Origin: a virus
Direction: 5' to 3' (one strand)
Length of the DNA stretch: 64,000 nucleotides
IMG/VR virus record: IMGVR_UViG_3300028920_000034
Coordinates: 1 to 64,000 of that record
The position numbers and the translations under genes were made by a program. Shown piece after piece: positions 54,301 to 63,168 of this stretch (position 1 is its first letter; the number at the start of each line of letters is the position of its first letter). The notes below the pieces were generated by a model. That model worked only from the letters and a program-made list of their open reading frames with translations. It was not told the origin of the DNA and did not search any database.

Positions 54301-54536
54301 AGCTTGTAGCCGCTGGCCAGATCTTCGTGCAGCGCATAGCTATCACGCCCGCTCGCGGGAGAGATCTTCACCCCGGCCCCAGGGGTATCCATTTCCTCCA
54401 CGGTGAACCCGCGGTAGATCCCTCGAGGAAGCCCGGAGCCCATGCGGTTGATCGCCGCGCTCACGTAGGGCTCCTCGAATCGGGCCTTGAGGTTGTCTGC
54501 TACGATGCTCAGGGACTGCGGAAACGCCATGGTCAC
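51357..54536 (-). CDS. tail spike/fibre with parallel beta-helix
   Basis: 1059 aa; repeated xxNCxF/xxDCxI beta-helix rungs after GTIYLK. Confidence 0.75.
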   Translation of the reverse strand: MTMAFPQSLSIVADNLKARFEEPYVSAAINRMGSGLPRGIYRGFTVEEMDTPGAGVKISPASGRDSYALHEDLASGYKLAIRFDAAFDFEFEFDASAASLDLYLWLDATYQVSSTVTGYVRVGEIGDLGANSIPFAKVEIPLGATTILTSYVKQLDSLANTLEPVPSTTYKNPYGFMNQDAWDRLPNQDQKDAMDGASSPSSSNPFATISATEARVFAKKTTQVVSVTPPVASFQLLGTWYIGKGAVGTAKKWFELFCASGGEALEEGLRDYYTWKAIQIDGIYDSTNTSQLTPSSDADADGFYENPFIRLTDPFQVWAEVAVKAGAKSTFGSLDVQEYTKGVLGVREGMSAVTSQTIRDHCAATVVSSDDSDASVDFAGASALANAIQYLTSNNLSGTIYLKGAPGIATTGQYWLGTLSISTKIKIVCERPNIVVKRLGADAVPMIQLASSSAVLECDGLYISSTSGDVAIDSGTNGGTVILDGCDIAGPCTFGRLGVQDRTVLRRCNFDGAVTLRGIMVAVRNCVFNEDSTVTSGDLDMRQCHFASSGATTFQYAWGIVENVKFDGQVICDDVGRTLTDSNEWSMRLVFQTCSFIPYSVTGLTDEYCLVITGSIVNYAYVVFRDCDIDPTVNSGNEGGGVWIDEDAETGDILFEDCRIGQKDGAAYPSCLYVDTNLAEGIFLTLNRVSFVHRGTNYGVFIGQRGSGGGYGRLTVRDCKLKYDHPVNTNIGVSLFAIYQAGQKMLVDIHGLEIDMGEGEPNFIAGSNSLRGVFALDCTAGPQEHVLEDIVFKNVGYGRTFDHDDNNLLIVSDVSAEASVKIIRPAIVNYSSTVGGTVFGLTAIRLRNVEQRGQVDIVAANLSGPDPQVATESYKGVYITNSATYGSVNIIGGSIKNWQTNDVHCDAFCRLVIDGMHHVSTGSDRHKAGQLNARIRVDDILSLVVANCVYEDQMGASGADQRVWLGIDYLSDYPSGGPYGVSVTGNSVAMIGTSPNFGRAFWVNTMVVGFPDACVMSNSGQGRARYPGGGGTNRIVGLSGNNLTRSTTFNFNTWDLEEV

Positions 54537-55567
54537 ACCACCAAGTCAATCACGCGGGTCAAGGACGCCGCGCTGGTCTTTTTGATCCCGGGCCAGGTGA
54601 AGTACATCACCAGCACGTCGTCGGACGTGTAGATCCCACCCTCATAGTACACCGGAGCGGCTCCAGATCCGTCATCGTTCCCTTCGGCCGCCTCGAGCTC
54701 ACAGGTGACGCGCACGGTGCGCGTCCCGGCCCCCTGATACACCGTGTCCGCGAGCTCCAGGTCCTTGCGGATCGTGAACAGCCCCTTATCCACCGCGTCC
54801 AGGTCCGTCTGGCCTGCGTTTGGCTGCCACGGGCGCCGCCAGTAGCGATGGGTGACGCGGATCGGACACAGGTTCTCCACGATGGATCCAAACGTCACCG
54901 AGAAATCGCCGGTCTCGTAGTCGATGGTGCCAGAACCACCACCTCCAGACGGGTCCACCAGGACACCAGAGCCGTTGTCCACCAGGTACTGGGAGAAGCA
55001 ATCCCAGAACACCGCGGAGCCGGGCACCACGGGCACACCGATCAGCGTCCCGGTGTAGGGGCCCGCTGCCCCTGTACCGGTGGCCCCGTCTTGCATCAGG
55101 TAGTCCGATTCGGTGCCCCCGGTCCGGTAGGTGGCCATCACCGGCTGGGCCCCCGCCGGAGGCGTCGTGAATGTGATGTTGAAGGCACCGCTCAGGTAGT
55201 TGATCGTGCCGCTGGCACCGGTCCCCACCAGGTTCCCAGCTCCATCATCGGTCACAGTCTGGCCGTCCACCGTCACGGACACCGTGCCGGGGGCCACCAC
55301 GTACTTCGTGGTCTGGCCGAGCACCGTGGCACCCCCAGAGCTGGTACCAGCTTGCTCGGTGAGCTCTGCGCCTGGAGCCCAGCCACCGCACCCGAACTTG
55401 AAGTAGCCCACCTGGGAGCCACCGAGGCCCCCGCGGAGCTTGATCAGCTCGTCCCGGCCCACATCGCAGACCACCACGTTGATCACAGTCGGGTCCGGAA
55501 TCGGGTCCGGAGGGATGAACGGATCGTAGAACCCAGGGGCGAACGGCGTAGCAGTGTAATCAGCCAT
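54533..55567 (-). CDS. baseplate/tail-collar structural protein
   Basis: YFKFG.GG...EGGIY collar-like frame; two TDDGAGNL..SGTINY repeats; paralog of 57436..58398. Confidence 0.7.
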   Translation of the reverse strand: MADYTATPFAPGFYDPFIPPDPIPDPTVINVVVCDVGRDELIKLRGGLGGSQVGYFKFGCGGWAPGAELTEQAGTSSGGATVLGQTTKYVVAPGTVSVTVDGQTVTDDGAGNLVGTGASGTINYLSGAFNITFTTPPAGAQPVMATYRTGGTESDYLMQDGATGTGAAGPYTGTLIGVPVVPGSAVFWDCFSQYLVDNGSGVLVDPSGGGGSGTIDYETGDFSVTFGSIVENLCPIRVTHRYWRRPWQPNAGQTDLDAVDKGLFTIRKDLELADTVYQGAGTRTVRVTCELEAAEGNDDGSGAAPVYYEGGIYTSDDVLVMYFTWPGIKKTSAASLTRVIDLVV

Positions 55568-55570
55568 GTC

Positions 55571-56485
55571 CTACGTCCCCCACAGGGTGTCCGTGGACTC
55601 CCACGGAAAGCAGTAGTCCGAGCACACCACAAACGCATCATCATGCAGGTGCGCCCCGTCTGCCTTGAGCTCGCTCACACGATACACGTCTGGGATCTTC
55701 CCGCGCACGTGCTGGTTGTCATAGCAGCACACCCACACATTGTGCATCACCGGGTCCCCAGTGACCGGATCGTCTGGCATCGAATCCATCATGTTTGAAT
55801 TCGGGCACTGGTACTTCGCCGCACTGTACTGGTACACGTTCCCGCCAGGGTGGCGCCCCCTGTTGTTTGCTCGCGTGTCCTCCATCCGCACCGCAAGCCA
55901 CGCCTTGTAGCTGGTGCCGTAGCTGTTGTACCCCCACACGCGGAACCAATACGGATACGGGTCCGTCTGGTCTCGCACGTCCAGCTTCACGAAGCACATG
56001 GACGGCACACCACGATAGGCGCTCCCTGTGCGCCCAAAAGTCAGGAACGAAGTCTCGTTCACCAACAGGGTGGCGTAGCAATCCACGTAGGGCGAAAGAT
56101 CGTTGTTTCCATCGGCCCCTGGGTTGCACAGGTCTGCCGGTGGACTCGAATTTCCGGGCGGGCTCGAGGCGCTCACGCCAGTGGTGTTGAACCCGTCAAA
56201 GCTGGCCCACAGCCACCAGTTGTAAGTGTCCTGAAACCAGAGCACGCACTCCACGTCCTCGACGTTCTTGATCCAGAGCCAGCACCCCTGGGACATTGCG
56301 CCGGCCGAAGTCCAAAGATCTGCTCCGGCCACATCGAAGCTCGAGCTGCCGTTCCCGGTGCCGAGAATGGTCCACCCGTTCTCCACCAGGCGCTCCTTGA
56401 TCTGATACCAGGCATTCCGCCCACGGGGATCGTAGCTACCGCCGGTGTACGGAATGTCATTCCGGTAGATGTTCCACACGGTCAT
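55571..56485 (-). CDS. tail-associated protein
   Basis: paralog of 56482..57426 (W.IYRN, L..NGWT, DPVTG.P, HV.G..PD, PW). Confidence 0.7.
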   Translation of the reverse strand: MTVWNIYRNDIPYTGGSYDPRGRNAWYQIKERLVENGWTILGTGNGSSSFDVAGADLWTSAGAMSQGCWLWIKNVEDVECVLWFQDTYNWWLWASFDGFNTTGVSASSPPGNSSPPADLCNPGADGNNDLSPYVDCYATLLVNETSFLTFGRTGSAYRGVPSMCFVKLDVRDQTDPYPYWFRVWGYNSYGTSYKAWLAVRMEDTRANNRGRHPGGNVYQYSAAKYQCPNSNMMDSMPDDPVTGDPVMHNVWVCCYDNQHVRGKIPDVYRVSELKADGAHLHDDAFVVCSDYCFPWESTDTLWGT

Positions 56486-57426
56486 GGGACCACAACCTCC
56501 GAATCAGATCCCCAGGGCAGCATCAGGTGGCCGCACTGGATATACTCGCCGCTGTTCACCCGGTCGTTGTTAGGCATCCCAGAGTAGAACATATCCGGAA
56601 GTCGCCCCTTCACGTGCCCGTTGGTGTTCCAGCTCATGACGTGCATTCCGTACATCGTCGGCTCGCCGGTTACCGGGTCCAGTCCGGGCCGAATGTCACC
56701 TCCACCGCATTGCAGCTTGGCGATCCCGTATCCGTCCGCACTGGCCCCGTTGTTGCCCCAAATGTCCCCCGCTGTCGGGTGGTACGCCATGATGCTCGCG
56801 TTGCCATTCTGGTAGCTGAACTGCCACATATCGATCATCTGGTAGTTGTAGGAGCTCCGGTGGAAGCAAGCGTAGGGGTACAGGTCCAGCTCCTCCACGT
56901 CCATGCAACGCACGAAGCAAGACATGGCAGATGCGTTGTTCCTGGTGGAGCTGTAGGCGATGTAGGATCCATCGCTGGCAAAACAGAACGTCCACCGGCT
57001 CGCCGCGGTTCCAGAGTTGGACTCCAGATCGGTGGACGTGCGTCCCATCTCACCACCGAGTCCAGCCGTGGGGCGAACATTCGAGTCGATCCCGGCGTCA
57101 GTGTAACCACCCTCGTGCCGCACCCACATCATCAGACTGTTGGTGGACCACGGCTCCTGCCACACGATCTCAGGGCGCGTCTTGCCGTCACCGTTGTCCG
57201 GCGCCTGGAGACATGCCCAGCAATTCGTCTGGCTGGTGGAGAAAGGTGTGGTGACCCCGTTACGATCCCAGTAGTAGGCGCCCCCACCACTGAACCCGCC
57301 CTCGCCCCAGCCGATCAGCGTCCAGCCATTGGACTCCAAGATCGGGATCAGGAACGCCATCCAATCGTAGAACCAGAAGCTGGGAGTAAAAAGCTGATTC
57401 CGGTACACGGTCCAAGTCTTATCCAT
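56482..57426 (-). CDS. tail-associated protein
   Basis: paralog of 55571..56485. Confidence 0.7.
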   Translation of the reverse strand: MDKTWTVYRNQLFTPSFWFYDWMAFLIPILESNGWTLIGWGEGGFSGGGAYYWDRNGVTTPFSTSQTNCWACLQAPDNGDGKTRPEIVWQEPWSTNSLMMWVRHEGGYTDAGIDSNVRPTAGLGGEMGRTSTDLESNSGTAASRWTFCFASDGSYIAYSSTRNNASAMSCFVRCMDVEELDLYPYACFHRSSYNYQMIDMWQFSYQNGNASIMAYHPTAGDIWGNNGASADGYGIAKLQCGGGDIRPGLDPVTGEPTMYGMHVMSWNTNGHVKGRLPDMFYSGMPNNDRVNSGEYIQCGHLMLPWGSDSEVVVP

Positions 57427-57435
57427 GGCGAACTC

Positions 57436-58398
57436 CTACAGCACCGTGTCCACATCGAAGTCGATGCGCGTGGAGCCGGTCTTCCTGATCTTCGCGTAGG
57501 TGAAGTAGACAGCCATCTCATCGTTGGAGCTGAATAGTCCTCCTTCAAACAGGTACGGCGTGTAGCCGTTCCCATCATCGATCCCTTCCCACAGGTCCAG
57601 GTAGATGGTGCAGCGAATCCGCCCACGTGTGGTCTCCACGAACGTGATTTCGCCTTCCTCGAAATCGCGCTGGAACGTGTAGAGGTTCGGGTCTCCCTCG
57701 GATTCCAGATCCGTGAGGGTCGGGTCTGGTGCCTTCGGGGCTCCATCGTACTTGTAGGTGGCCGTGATTCGGCTGTGGAGCGCCACCACCCCAGAGAACA
57801 AGGCGAACACTTCACCGGTCTCGTAATTGACCGTGCCGCTGCCGTCGCCCACCAGGTTGCCGTTGCCGTCATCAGTGAGGCTCAGGCCCCCCTCCTCGTT
57901 CACCGTGAGCGTGCCCTCCGCCACGGGGAGGCTCTCCAGGTCATGGTAGTAGGGACCAGTGGTGCCGTCACCCAGCCCGAAGTCACTGGACTGCTCGGAG
58001 CTCAAGGCGCCGTGGTACTGGTAGTCCGCCTGGATAGGGTCCCCGGCGCTCACCGCGACGTTGAACATCACCTCCCACTCGCCCGTTTTATAATTGATCG
58101 TCCCGCTTCCGCCAGCGCCGGACAGGTTCCCCGCACCATCGTCTGTGACCACCTGTGCAGAACCAAGCGGATCCGCAGTGATGGTGACGGCATTGCGACC
58201 CACGGGGAGCCGCTCGAGGGTGCCGCTGTAGGCGGTAGCCCCAGAGCCGTACCCGGCGATCTCGGTGCGGACCGCGGACAGATCGAAGCCACCCTCGCCC
58301 AGCTTGAAGTAGGCAATGTCCGCATCCGAAAGCAACCGGAAGATGTACTGGACGAATTCGTCGTCTCCGCCGTTGCAGCTCACCGCAGTCAGATCCAT
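57436..58398 (-). CDS. baseplate/tail-collar structural protein
   Basis: YFKLGEGG, TDDG.GNL.G.GSGT.NY.TG x2, EGGLF, YFTY..I.KT. Confidence 0.7.
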   Translation of the reverse strand: MDLTAVSCNGGDDEFVQYIFRLLSDADIAYFKLGEGGFDLSAVRTEIAGYGSGATAYSGTLERLPVGRNAVTITADPLGSAQVVTDDGAGNLSGAGGSGTINYKTGEWEVMFNVAVSAGDPIQADYQYHGALSSEQSSDFGLGDGTTGPYYHDLESLPVAEGTLTVNEEGGLSLTDDGNGNLVGDGSGTVNYETGEVFALFSGVVALHSRITATYKYDGAPKAPDPTLTDLESEGDPNLYTFQRDFEEGEITFVETTRGRIRCTIYLDLWEGIDDGNGYTPYLFEGGLFSSNDEMAVYFTYAKIRKTGSTRIDFDVDTVL

Positions 58399-59390
58399 CA
58401 GGACACCACCTCTGCCCGGAAGCCGGAGTCAGCGGACACATCGCTGTCCGCCAGAATGTCATAGCGATGCCCGATGCTGGCCACGGCCGTGTCCTCCGCC
58501 ATGATGTACTCGAGCTCCACGTGGATCGGCACCACGCCATCGCCAGTGTCCAGCCCGATCTTGCGCCACATGCGCTTGAAAGCATCCGCGATGGTGAGCT
58601 CGCTCTGGCCACCGATGGCGCCAGTGGTAATCTCCAACCGAATGCGATGCGTCTTGCACTTCCGACACGTCTCCACGCACCCGCCCACCACGCTCTGGTA
58701 GGTGGCCTTCGGTGCCCCGGCCACCACCCCGGTCAGCGTCAAGTCTGCATAGCCCCACCCGTAGTCGATGGTGCCCACCTCGGTGAGCCCCACCAGGAGC
58801 TTGCCGTCACCGTCATCGGTGATCGTGTTACCGGCGATGGTGATCACCACCGAGCTCGGTTCCGCGGGCGCGCACTTGAGCCAGATCTTGTACCGGGTAT
58901 CCGTGGACACCGTGCGCTGGTAGGTCGGGCTTTCCCCGCCCACCACCGGAGGCGTCGTGAGGTACTTGATCCCATCCCACCAGAGCGGATGAACGTCCAC
59001 CTCGAAGCCGTGAACCCTGCACAGCACCACGTAGGACTCGAGGATGCCTTTGATGATGTTCCACCTGGCCGCCAGGCCCGCGCGCATCCGCTGGTAGCCG
59101 AGCGGCTCCGCCAGGTCCACTTCGATCCCGAAATTCTCCCCCAGGTACAGGAGGAGATCCTCGCGGATCTCCCTCGGATTGGTGATGTACTTGAACCGGT
59201 CCAGGTGCCGCTTGAGCCAGGTGAAGCTGGGGCACATCGCCTCCACGAACTTCAGGTACGGGCCCCCGGCGTCCACGTCCTGCTGACGCACATCACCCGG
59301 GAGCTCATCGTACAGGACGATCTTGCACCAGTCGCTCTCCCCGAATGGGGTCGTCCCGAAAGCACGATTTCCGAATCCATACCGAGCCAT
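58398..59390 (-). CDS. baseplate wedge protein (P2 gpI-like)
   Basis: LLLYLGENFG...R......WNIIKG...SY...VVPIHVEL; position in baseplate cluster. Confidence 0.65.
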   Translation of the reverse strand: MARYGFGNRAFGTTPFGESDWCKIVLYDELPGDVRQQDVDAGGPYLKFVEAMCPSFTWLKRHLDRFKYITNPREIREDLLLYLGENFGIEVDLAEPLGYQRMRAGLAARWNIIKGILESYVVLCRVHGFEVDVHPLWWDGIKYLTTPPVVGGESPTYQRTVSTDTRYKIWLKCAPAEPSSVVITIAGNTITDDGDGKLLVGLTEVGTIDYGWGYADLTLTGVVAGAPKATYQSVVGGCVETCRKCKTHRIRLEITTGAIGGQSELTIADAFKRMWRKIGLDTGDGVVPIHVELEYIMAEDTAVASIGHRYDILADSDVSADSGFRAEVVS

Positions 59391-59394
59391 GATG

Positions 59395-59463
59395 TTGGCA
59401 CGTCCTTTGCTTCTGCTTAATTAACCTTATCTCCCCCTTATGGAGATAAGAGTCTTGAGGGTC
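59395..59463 (+). promoter_or_regulatory. conserved element copy 6 (sigma54-type motif, antisense)
   Basis: TTGGCACG-TCCT-TTGCT-TCTGCTTAATTAAC-CTTATCTCC-CCCTTAT-GGAGATAAG-AGTCTTGAGGGT (perfect 9-bp stem). Confidence 0.75.
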
Positions 59464-59464
59464 C

Positions 59465-59959
59465 TCAGTCGCCTGATGCCTCCTCCGCGGCCGGAGCCGG
59501 TTCCTCCTGGGGCTCCTCGGGTGCCTCGGTGTCCTTGTCGCCCTCGGGTTCGCTCTCCTTGCTCGCCGCGTCCTGGGCCGCCTCGAGCTGCTTCTTGAGC
59601 TGCGTGTTCTCGGTGACCAGGCCGCCGCTCTCCTCGTCCGACAGATCGATACTGAACCACTCCTCGAAGCCGTGGGCTTTGAACACCCGGTCCACCTCTG
59701 CCTGGAAGCGGGCGCTGGCCGTCTGGGCCTTAACCTGGAGCTCGGCCAGCTTCTCCTGGGCCGCCTGGAGCTTCGTGCCGATGGCCTCGCCTTGGTACTT
59801 GAGCTTCTGGAGCTTGAGGAGCTCCACCTCGCTCACGCGGTACTTGCGCTCCCGCACCTGTGCGAGCACCGCCTCTCGCTTCAGGTCGTCCTTGGACTTC
59901 GCTTTCCCGGCGCGCTTCGCCGTCCGCTTCGCTCTGGTCTTCTTGCTGTCCCGGGCCAT
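59465..59959 (-). CDS. coiled-coil protein, possible fibre-assembly chaperone
   Basis: follows the long fibre gene; basic N-tail, coiled coil, acidic C-tail. Confidence 0.65.
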   Translation of the reverse strand: MARDSKKTRAKRTAKRAGKAKSKDDLKREAVLAQVRERKYRVSEVELLKLQKLKYQGEAIGTKLQAAQEKLAELQVKAQTASARFQAEVDRVFKAHGFEEWFSIDLSDEESGGLVTENTQLKKQLEAAQDAASKESEPEGDKDTEAPEEPQEEPAPAAEEASGD

Positions 59960-59988
59960 TCCAATCCTCCTTGTTCAATCGTGTTGGC

Positions 59989-62900
59989 CTACTGCCACAC
60001 GGCCAGCCATCCGGCCGTTCCGCCCAAGTCAATCTTGAGCATCCGCCACAGCGTCCAGGTCCCGCTGGCCGGCGCGTTGCCGTCCGGGGTTCCTACGCCA
60101 CTCGAGATGTTGTTTGTCTTGTCCGCAGCCGTGGAGCCGATGAAGTCCATGAAGGATACATCGTTGTCCGCCTGGTCCACAGTGAGGGCCACCACGGCGC
60201 CAGTGGCGCTATTCTGCTTCACATAGCCGGGGCTCAGGGTGTAAAGGCCGTACTCCCAGCTCGAGTCCGCGTAGAACCCGCGCTTGGTGGTGGCTGCACT
60301 TCCACCGGTGAGCTCCACGAACACACCGTAGATCTGAGAAGTCGCATCGTCCGTAGCCCCGGCCAGCGACACCTTGTGTCCGACCAGGCCCTGCCCGCTG
60401 CCCAAGTTGCCGGACTGGCCTTCGGTCCGGAGCACCTCGGTGGCAGTGGTGATCCCGGTAACCTGTTGCGTGATGCGCCCGTTGTTCTTGACGGCGAACT
60501 TGGACGTGCCGCTCAGGCGAGCATCGAAAATGTCACCAGCCCCATCCTGGTCAACGGTCAGGCCGGGGTTAGCGGAATTCGCGCTCATGTCCACCGCGCC
60601 ATTTTCTGCAATAGCCCAGCGTTCGGTGGTGCCGTCCAGTAGGCGGAGAATGTCCCCGGTGCTGTCCTGGCGCACTGTGAGCACCCCGATGCTCCCGCTG
60701 GTGGACGCAGTAATGTCGGTCCGCACGTTCACGTCCAGGAGCGTACCGGTGATCTTCGTGGAAGCCGCCACATCCGCGCCCACCTCGATCGCCTGACCGT
60801 TGCCTTGAATCTTGACCGAATGACCGGCCGCGCTGTTGTAGTCGATCTGGGCGCAGCGGAGTCGGCTGTACCCAGTCAGGTCCAGGTAGCGCCCGCTTGC
60901 TTGCTGGATCTCCACCTTGCCATGCGTGCTCACCTGGAGGTAGCCGTTGCCGTACTGGCCCTTGCACTGGAAAAGCGGGATCTCATTGAACCCGTCATCC
61001 GCTTCAACCTTCACCACGTACTCGGTGTGAGTACCGTTGTTGAGTTGCTTAAACCAAGCAATCGGAGCCGTCTCGTCTCCGCTCGCCTTGCTTCTGTGGA
61101 CGTAGAATGCGTTGCCGCTGTTGGAAGTCTGGTTGATCTCGAATGGGTCGCCCGCACCGGACACCGTGAGCACATTGCTGTTCGGGTCCGCGGCGTACAT
61201 CCCATCCCAACTCGAGACACCTCCACCTGGCAACGTGGTGGAACTGTAGGCTGGGATCCACCTGGTGCTTCCGCCCACCACCATGCGAAGCATGTCGGCC
61301 GTGGCACCGCTATCGGTGCTGATGTTACCAGCGGACCCAGCTTGCGGATTCCCTGCGTACTCGGCAAAAGGTGTAGTCCCGGTCAGGGACCAATAGGACG
61401 GTGCGTAGGCCCACAGAGACCAATCCCACGAATTCTGCACGTACATCGCCTTCGTGAGAGCTGTGACCGAACCGGCTTCGGTGTACCCGAAATTGACACC
61501 GATGAAATCGTAGTCATCGTTGGCGCCCCCATTGGCTTGGCCCTGGGCAGACACGGTGAGGATCTCGAAGGTCTTACCGGTATGGGTTGCCACGGTGTTC
61601 TGTCCGGAAACGGAAAGAACTGGCTGCGTTGCCGTTGCCAAGCCACTAGACGAAAACACGCCGGCCTTCACGTCACCGGTGTGACTCGCCTGGAATGCGG
61701 GATTGCTCGCAGACGATTCGATGTTCAGTGCGGACTTGAGGTACATGCCCAGGGTCCACGTGTCGTCCGCGTAGTAGCCCACGCCAACACCAGACCCGAG
61801 CGAGGTAGCCGTGGCCCTGTACCCGAACACGGCAGAGTCCGCCTCGGTGAGATTCGAGCCATCCGCTTCCACTGCCATGCCATAGGCCCAGGTGGCCGCT
61901 GCGAGAGCCCCCGACTGGTATGACAGCAAATAGCCGTCAAACGTGGCCGTTCCAGAATCCGAAACACTGTGATCAATTTTGCCACCGTGCCAAATATCGA
62001 ACCTCGGTGTCTGGGAAAGGAAGTTGCCATCAGCCACAGAGAAACTGGCTCCAGCTCCACTTCCGTTATTCAGAACACCGAGGGCAGATCGGCCAGTCGG
62101 AACATCGTCCACCACTACAATGGCGATGGCCTCTGAAATCATCCCGAAGTCCAAGGAGCTCGCTGCGTAGTACCCAACGTAGTCAGGACCAGGGAAAGAT
62201 GGGGCCGGCTTGGTGCCCGATGCGCTTGCCTCGAATGCACGGAAGGAATTGAAGCCAGCCGTGGAGTCGCCAGGGTTGGCCACCACCTGGGAGTGAATGT
62301 TTCGCTGGACCCTGGCCGCTTGGGTGATCGCCGCAGAACGGGTGGGCGAAATAAACACCAGGTCAACATCGCCAGCCACATCGGTGAGCGTTCCGGTCAG
62401 GTTCAGTGCCGTAGAATCGCTGGCCCCCACAAAGCTGGCCAGGCCCGTGGACAGGAGCGCCGTGGAACCGGCCACGCTCAGGGCCGCCTGCGTGTCTGCC
62501 GCGTTGACAGTCTCCACGGACATGAGCGGAGCATCGCTGGTGGACTGGTCTCGGAACACCCGGAAGCCGGAGCCAGTGGCAATGTCCTGCTCCCACTGGA
62601 GCACCGCCCCGTCGATGGTCATCGTCTTGCTGGCAGAGTACAACGCATTCCAGCTCGAGACGCCCCCGCCGCCAGCGCCGGGCTGCCACCTCGAATTGCC
62701 CGTAGACCAGACCAGCGCCTCGCCGTCCGCGGGCGCCGTGTTGGCCACATCGCGCCCCTGGAGCCCAACCACCGTGGCCGCGCCGATCTTGCCGCTCAGG
62801 TCCCCACCAGGGCTCACATAGCCCCACTCGGAGCCACCGTCATCCCATTCCATGAGATTGCCGTCTGCACGGGCACCCGTGGTCACTCCGCCGCCCCTGA

Positions 62901-63159
62901 TGGCCACCACCGTCGCAGACGCAATGGTGCCGCTCAGGTCTCCTCCAACCGCCGGGTCGAGCTGCCCTGGCTGGTACTCGCTGGCGGAACTGTTCCACTG
63001 GAGCACATCGCCGTCCGAGCTCGGCGCACCGGTGCCGATGGCATAGCCGCGGAGCTTCGCCACCACGGCCGCCGTGTTGTCCCCGGACAGATCGCCCGCC
63101 AGGTTGGCGATGGGTTCCGTCTGGCTGAATTGTGCCGCTCTGGGGAGTCCGTCGCTCAT
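59989..63159 (-). CDS. long tail fibre protein
   Basis: 1056 aa, G/S/T/A-rich; GDLSG and DGxxLxW repeats; two GGGVSSW junctions. Confidence 0.8.
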   Translation of the reverse strand: MSDGLPRAAQFSQTEPIANLAGDLSGDNTAAVVAKLRGYAIGTGAPSSDGDVLQWNSSASEYQPGQLDPAVGGDLSGTIASATVVAIRGGGVTTGARADGNLMEWDDGGSEWGYVSPGGDLSGKIGAATVVGLQGRDVANTAPADGEALVWSTGNSRWQPGAGGGGVSSWNALYSASKTMTIDGAVLQWEQDIATGSGFRVFRDQSTSDAPLMSVETVNAADTQAALSVAGSTALLSTGLASFVGASDSTALNLTGTLTDVAGDVDLVFISPTRSAAITQAARVQRNIHSQVVANPGDSTAGFNSFRAFEASASGTKPAPSFPGPDYVGYYAASSLDFGMISEAIAIVVVDDVPTGRSALGVLNNGSGAGASFSVADGNFLSQTPRFDIWHGGKIDHSVSDSGTATFDGYLLSYQSGALAAATWAYGMAVEADGSNLTEADSAVFGYRATATSLGSGVGVGYYADDTWTLGMYLKSALNIESSASNPAFQASHTGDVKAGVFSSSGLATATQPVLSVSGQNTVATHTGKTFEILTVSAQGQANGGANDDYDFIGVNFGYTEAGSVTALTKAMYVQNSWDWSLWAYAPSYWSLTGTTPFAEYAGNPQAGSAGNISTDSGATADMLRMVVGGSTRWIPAYSSTTLPGGGVSSWDGMYAADPNSNVLTVSGAGDPFEINQTSNSGNAFYVHRSKASGDETAPIAWFKQLNNGTHTEYVVKVEADDGFNEIPLFQCKGQYGNGYLQVSTHGKVEIQQASGRYLDLTGYSRLRCAQIDYNSAAGHSVKIQGNGQAIEVGADVAASTKITGTLLDVNVRTDITASTSGSIGVLTVRQDSTGDILRLLDGTTERWAIAENGAVDMSANSANPGLTVDQDGAGDIFDARLSGTSKFAVKNNGRITQQVTGITTATEVLRTEGQSGNLGSGQGLVGHKVSLAGATDDATSQIYGVFVELTGGSAATTKRGFYADSSWEYGLYTLSPGYVKQNSATGAVVALTVDQADNDVSFMDFIGSTAADKTNNISSGVGTPDGNAPASGTWTLWRMLKIDLGGTAGWLAVWQ

Positions 63160-63168
63160 GGTCTGCTC

